From assembly GCA_031414955.1 (NCBI GenBank), contig JANOQV010000229.1, forward strand, positions 1 through 10,690: DNA of 10,690 nt. The letters run 5' to 3'. How positions within the stretch are numbered: position 1 is the stretch's first letter; every line of letters starts with the position of its first letter. The notes beneath the pieces are model-generated. The model was not told the DNA's origin. It made no database searches and saw only the letters and a list, made by a program, of their open reading frames with translations. This document shows positions 6,974-10,690 of the stretch, piece after piece. A program made the translations under genes and the position numbers. The stretch is from Pedosphaera sp. GTDB taxonomy: Bacteria > Verrucomicrobiota > Verrucomicrobiia > Limisphaerales > SIBH01.

Positions 6974-7753
6974 TCAGGCCAGCAACGCGCCAAAGCCGCG
7001 CATCGGGCGCACTGAACCGTCCTTCATCATGCAGGCGTTCAGCGGGATGCTGTCGCGCTGCAGGCAAAGCGTCACGTCGGGTGCGAGCGCCGGCTGGGCG
7101 AGCAGGCGGCGGGCATTAAGGGATGCGGCCAGGAGCGCGCTGTCCTCAGAGAGGTGACGGAAGGCGTGCCAGACCAGTTGCGCGGAATCACTCAAGCCCG
7201 CCCACGCGATCAAGTGTTGCAGTCGATCAATCAGCGCGCCGGCCGCAAACTGATCCTCAAACGCCGCCTCCTCGAAAGTGCCGGCGCAGACCAGCAGCAG
7301 CTTCCTCGTCCGCAGTTGCTCCAGCACCCCGCTCACGGAGCGGAGGTTCACCAGTGCGCCGAGCAGCACCATCTCGGCCTGGGCGCAGGCGCGCAACGCC
7401 CGCGTGCCGTTGGTCGTGGTCCAGGCGATGGACTGGCCGCGAACTTTCTCCTGAATAAAGTCGCGCGGTGAATTGCCGAAGTCGAAATCCACGCTGCCGG
7501 TCAACTCGCGCGTGATGCGCAAGCCCTGCCGTTCCCCCGCCAGCAACACTTCCGGCCGCCGCTGTTTCACGGCCAGAGCCTCGGCGATTTCCACCACGGG
7601 AACAATTTCCTCCGCACCGTGGTGCAAGGCGGTGAGCATGGAAGAGGTGGCGCGCAAGACGTCGAAAACAACGCAGGTGGTGGCGCGGAGATCCCGCGCC
7701 GCGAGCGCGGGAAACTCGGCCGGAGTGAGAATGACTTCGATGTTCAGGCTCAT
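6974..7753 (-). CDS. comB: 2-phosphosulfolactate phosphatase family protein (ComB)
   Basis: Start moved to ATG 7753 (MSLNIEVIL). Motifs VVFDVLRATS, LLAGERQG, FDFGNSP, TTTNGTRAL, LLVCAG..EDQFAAG. Confidence 0.9.
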   Translation of the reverse strand: MSLNIEVILTPAEFPALAARDLRATTCVVFDVLRATSSMLTALHHGAEEIVPVVEIAEALAVKQRRPEVLLAGERQGLRITRELTGSVDFDFGNSPRDFIQEKVRGQSIAWTTTNGTRALRACAQAEMVLLGALVNLRSVSGVLEQLRTRKLLLVCAGTFEEAAFEDQFAAGALIDRLQHLIAWAGLSDSAQLVWHAFRHLSEDSALLAASLNARRLLAQPALAPDVTLCLQRDSIPLNACMMKDGSVRPMRGFGALLA

Positions 7754-7859
7754 GCTTTGCTTTGCATGGCGGGCAGTCTTCCCAAAGTGGCCGGGCGGAC
7801 AAAGAGGATTCTTCAACCCCCGATCCGATCGTGGGTCGCGGCGGGGCATGGTGCGGCCG

Positions 7860-8083
7860 CAGGGCAGACGCATCGAAATTTGGTGAGATCCGACGGGGAA
7901 AACCTCAAACCCCAAGCACCAGGGAAGCTCCAAACCCCAAGATCCAAGCGGTGGCGGCTGCGACTGGGCCGATGGCCGGGAGACTCCGGGGCTCTTTGAG
8001 GTTTGGAGCTTGGTGTTTCTCTGGTGCGTGGGGTTTGGGGTTTCGGAGGTTCGTGGCGCGCCGATTTAGATGCGCCAGCCCTG
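7860..8083. mobile_element. 224-bp MITE with ISAs1-like terminal inverted repeats and a 10-bp target-site duplication
   Basis: Left end CAGGGCAGACGCATCGAAAT (7860-7879) matches the reverse complement of the right end CAGGGCTGGCGCATCTAAAT (8083-8064) at 17/20. GGTGCGGCCG flanks both sides (7850-7859 and 8084-8093). No transposase inside. Confidence 0.88.
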
Positions 8084-8102
8084 GGTGCGGCCGTGGGTGA
8101 GA

Positions 8103-8132
8103 TTGCCTGGCCGGGAACAGACGTGCTACAAC
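8103..8132 (+). promoter_or_regulatory. Putative promoter of the GGQ hydrolase gene (extended -10, leaderless arrangement)
   Basis: TTGCCT (8103-8108), 18 nt, TACAAC (8127-8132) preceded by TG at 8124-8125, then 6 nt to ATG 8139. Confidence 0.5.
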
Positions 8133-8138
8133 GCCGCC

Positions 8139-8528
8139 ATGAAGGAAGAGCAACTGGCGCAACGCATGACCGCGCTCGGCGTGCGCGAGGCCGACCTCGA
8201 GGAGACTTTCGTCCGCTCCGGCGGCCACGGCGGGCAGAACGTCAACAAGGTCGCGACCTGCGTCCGGCTCTTGCATCGCCCGTCCGGCGTCCAGGTCAAG
8301 AGCCAGGACACGCGCCAGCAGGGACTCAATCGCAACCAGGCCCGCAAACTCTTGCTCGACAAGATTGAGGCCCGGCAGAAAAGCCGCGCTGCGGCCGAGC
8401 GCGCCCAGGTGGAGAAATTGCGCCGCCAAAAGCGTGGGCGCAGCCGCGCGGCCCAGCAACGCGTGCGGGCCGACAAATCGCATCACGCCACCAAGAAAAA
8501 GTCCCGCCGCCCGGCGGCGATGAATTGA
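8139..8528 (+). CDS. Stand-alone GGQ peptidyl-tRNA hydrolase (release-factor domain 3; ArfB/C12orf65-like ribosome rescue factor)
   Basis: Start moved to ATG 8139, 129 aa. FVRSGGHGGQNVNKV, HRPSGVQVKSQDTRQQGLNR, and a basic tail RRQKRGRSRAAQQRVRADKSHHATKKKSRR. Confidence 0.88.
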   Translation: MKEEQLAQRMTALGVREADLEETFVRSGGHGGQNVNKVATCVRLLHRPSGVQVKSQDTRQQGLNRNQARKLLLDKIEARQKSRAAAERAQVEKLRRQKRGRSRAAQQRVRADKSHHATKKKSRRPAAMN

Positions 8529-8653
8529 GCGCGCGGGGCAAAATTATTTCCCCGAGACCATGTTCGGTCTTGAGTCGGTCACGCCCCGCATCGATATTTC
8601 CGGTGTCGCCGCGAGGTGACGTCGCTCTTTGACTGCGAAAGCAGGAATTCAAT

Positions 8654-8837
8654 TTACCCTGCCCATGCTCGTGTATCGAAGCTATGTCCTTGGACCGTAT
8701 GGCAAAACACGGGGCCCTTCATTATCAGCAGCCGCCGACAGGCCTTGACTGGAAGTCGAACGCTGCCGAAGCCGGCCCCACTTGTTCAGAAGATGTTCAA
8801 CGGAACTGCTCCCCACGGCATTCACGGCGGGGTTTTT
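8654..8837 (+). ncRNA. ssrS: 6S RNA
   Basis: About 180-nt rod. Pairings: ACCCTGCC 8656-8663 / GGCGGGGT 8826-8833; ATGC/GCAT; CGTG/CACG; TTGGAC 8690-8695 / GTTCAA 8795-8800; a 15+15-nt central bubble (8696-8710 / 8780-8794); then GGGGCC/GGCCCC, CTTC/GAAG, GCAGC/GCTGC, CGAC/GTCG. G-U pairs and the 3' T-run favour the + strand. Ends are approximate. Confidence 0.82.
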
Positions 8838-8902
8838 CTTGGCCGGTTGAGACGATGAAGCGAGACCGCCGCGCCTGGCCCGCCTCAAGACTGGCCCGAT
8901 CG

Positions 8903-9008
8903 AAAATCCAACTCCCAACTTCAAATGCTGCGTCGCCGAGATGGCGATTGGAGTTTGGAATTTATGTTTCGAGCTTATTTGGAGTTTGGATTTTGGGATT
9001 TGGATTTT
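8903..9008. repeat. Heptamer-periodic inverted-repeat element
   Basis: AAAATCCAA (8903-8911) and TTGGATTTT (9000-9008) are exact reverse complements. The arms are made of roughly 7-nt units (TCCAACT, CCCAACT; TTGGAGT, TTGGAAT, TTGGATT, TTGGGAT). Confidence 0.8.
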
Positions 9009-9021
9009 ACGCTGCCGCCTC

Positions 9022-10395
9022 ATGGCCCGTGACGATCTATTTTCAACGCCGCCCGAATCGGCAGCAACGCCGCCCCACGCCTCGAGCGCGGCAGCGTCCG
9101 CTCCCCTGGCCTCCCGCATGCGCCCGCGCAGCCTGGACGAATACGCCGGACAACACCACATCCTCGCCCCCGGTCAGTTGCTCCGTCGCGCCATTGAGGC
9201 GGATCGCATCCAGTCACTGATTTTTTACGGCCCGCCCGGCACGGGCAAGACCTCGTTGGCCCAACTGATTGCGCTCCACACGAGCAACAAGTTTGAGCGC
9301 CTCAGCGGTGTGGAGTCCAACGTGGCCGACATGCGGCGCGTGCTGGCGGCGGCCACCCATCGCCTGGCCAACACCGGGCAACCGACCATCCTCTTCATTG
9401 ATGAGATTCATCGCTTCAACAAATCACAACAGGATGTGTTGCTCCCGGACGTGGAGAGCGGGGTGATTCGGCTGATTGGTGCGACCACCCATAATCCGTT
9501 TTTCTTCGTCAATTCCCCGCTTGTCTCGCGCTCGCAGATTTTTGAACTTCGGCCGCTCACCGAAGCCGACATCCTCACCCTGCTTCGGCGCGCGCTCGCC
9601 GACGCCGAACGCGGACTCGGTCACGTCCAGACACGGATCGACGAGGGCGCGCTCGAACACCTGGCGCGCATTTCTGACGGCGACGCGCGCAAGGCGCTCA
9701 ACTCCCTGGAAATCGCCGCCCTCACCACCGCGCCGGACGGCGACGGCTTCGTTCACCTCACCCTCGCCGTCGCTGAGCAGAGCATTCAGAAGAAGGCCAT
9801 CGTCTATGACGGCGATGGGGACGCGCATTACGACACCATTTCAGCCTTCATCAAATCCATGCGGGGCAGCGACCCGGACGCAACGCTCTACTGGCTGGCC
9901 AAGATGATCCACGCCGGCGAAGACCCGCGCTTCATCACCCGGCGGATGCTGATCGCCGCCGCCGAGGACGTGGGCCTGGCCGACCCCATGGCCTTGGTGC
10001 TCACCGCCGCCGCGCATCAGGCGGCGGAATTTGTCGGCTGGCCGGAGGCGCGCATCCCGATTGCCGAGGCGGCGATCTACCTCGCCACGGCGAACAAGAG
10101 CAACAGCGCCTACCTCGCCATCGACGCCGCGCTGGCCGACGTGCGCGCCGGCCGCACCCTGCCGGTGCCGCCACACTTGCGCGACGGACACTACCAGGGC
10201 GCGAAGCAACTCGGGCACGGCGAGGGCTACCAATACGCCCACGACGCCCCCGGACATTTCACTCCGCAAGATTACCTTGGAGCCAACAAGCGTTACTACG
10301 AGCCGACGGAGCAAGGCGTGGAGAAAAAAATCAAGGAGCGCGTGGAGCGATGGCGCGCACTGACGGAACAGGCGCGCGGGAAGAACCGACCGTAG
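9022..10395 (+). CDS. rarA: Replication-associated recombination protein A (RarA/MgsA)
   Basis: Start moved to ATG 9022 (MARDDLF). Motifs PLASRMRPRSLDEYAGQHH, YGPPGTGKT, LFIDEIHRFNKSQQD, IGATTHNP, HYDTISAFIKSMRGSDPDA, EDVGLADP, KSNSAY, VPPHLRD, YQYAHD. Confidence 0.96.
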   Translation: MARDDLFSTPPESAATPPHASSAAASAPLASRMRPRSLDEYAGQHHILAPGQLLRRAIEADRIQSLIFYGPPGTGKTSLAQLIALHTSNKFERLSGVESNVADMRRVLAAATHRLANTGQPTILFIDEIHRFNKSQQDVLLPDVESGVIRLIGATTHNPFFFVNSPLVSRSQIFELRPLTEADILTLLRRALADAERGLGHVQTRIDEGALEHLARISDGDARKALNSLEIAALTTAPDGDGFVHLTLAVAEQSIQKKAIVYDGDGDAHYDTISAFIKSMRGSDPDATLYWLAKMIHAGEDPRFITRRMLIAAAEDVGLADPMALVLTAAAHQAAEFVGWPEARIPIAEAAIYLATANKSNSAYLAIDAALADVRAGRTLPVPPHLRDGHYQGAKQLGHGEGYQYAHDAPGHFTPQDYLGANKRYYEPTEQGVEKKIKERVERWRALTEQARGKNRP

Positions 10396-10397
10396 AG

Positions 10398-10568
10398 CCG
10401 GGCAGACGCATCTAAATCCGGCGGGAACCGAAGGTGGAAAGCATCAAACACCAAGCTCCAAACCCCAGAGAAGCTCCAAGCTCCAAGCGGTGGTCCGGCT
10501 CCGACCCGGCCAGTGGCTTGGAGGCTCCGTGGCGGTTTGAGGTTTGGAGAGCCGATTGCATCACCCTG
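10398..10568. mobile_element. Second, degenerate or truncated copy of the MITE at 7860-8083
   Basis: Left end CCGGGCAGACGCATCTAAAT (18/20 to copy 1), same heptamer left arm, homologous spacer (CCAAGCGGTGG...TTTGAGGTTTGGAG). Most of the right arm is missing and the possible right end is GATTGCATCACCCTG. No target duplication seen. Confidence 0.7.
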
Positions 10569-10690
10569 TTTGGCGGAGCGCCCCAAAACATGCGGCACGA
10601 TTATTTTCGGGCCCGTTACCCCCCCCAACGATTTCGGCGCGACGACTTTTGGAAAAACGTCGGGGGGTTTTTTTTTAACGGGGGTTTGGG

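Noticed and set aside
6974..7753. Coenzyme M biosynthesis pathway
   Set aside because: ComB homologues are widespread in bacteria without the pathway, and no comA or comC is nearby.
7754..7933. N-terminal extension of the 319-aa ComB ORF
   Set aside because: It starts inside the MITE and has no ComB character.
7898..8044. CRISPR array
   Set aside because: The repeats are degenerate 7-mers in inverted arms, with no constant repeat and unique spacer pattern and no cas genes.
8629..8657. TTGACT as the -35 of the 6S RNA
   Set aside because: The matching -10 would overlap the predicted 5' stem, so the promoter cannot be assigned.
8941..9021. N-terminal extension of rarA (MAIGVWNLCFELIWSLDFGIWIL)
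   Set aside because: It is a translation of the heptamer repeat, not a signal or membrane segment.
8682..9220. ORFs 8682-9161 (-) and 8684-9220 (+)
   Set aside because: They cross the 6S RNA, the repeat and rarA, and show no protein motifs.
10580..10690. Homopolymer-rich imperfect hairpin at the window end as a terminator or structured RNA
   Set aside because: The long C, G and T runs are unlike the rest of the window and suggest low-quality terminal sequence. It cannot be interpreted without reads.

Overview
GC-rich bacterial window, most likely from the PVC superphylum, probably Verrucomicrobia (inferred from the ECF sigma type, the DUF1549/DUF1553 protein and the repeat families). Genes in order: ECF sigma factor (-); a three-gene toxin-antitoxin cassette (RHH-type, PIN, Phd-like; -); a large exported DUF1549/DUF1553 CxxCH protein (-); a ClpX-like ATPase without the zinc finger (+); a ComB-family phosphatase (-); a small GGQ peptidyl-tRNA hydrolase (+); a 6S RNA not shown in the ORF track (+); and rarA (+). 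Main observations: (1) the TA cassette lies between two diverged copies of the 3' end of the DUF1553 gene, and the distal copy is an intact 43-codon mini-ORF with mostly synonymous changes; (2) a 224-bp MITE with ISAs1-like ends and a perfect 10-bp target duplication encloses inverted heptamer-repeat arms, with a degenerate second copy after rarA; (3) two families of GGAG-type REP doublets; (4) several genes appear to be leaderless.
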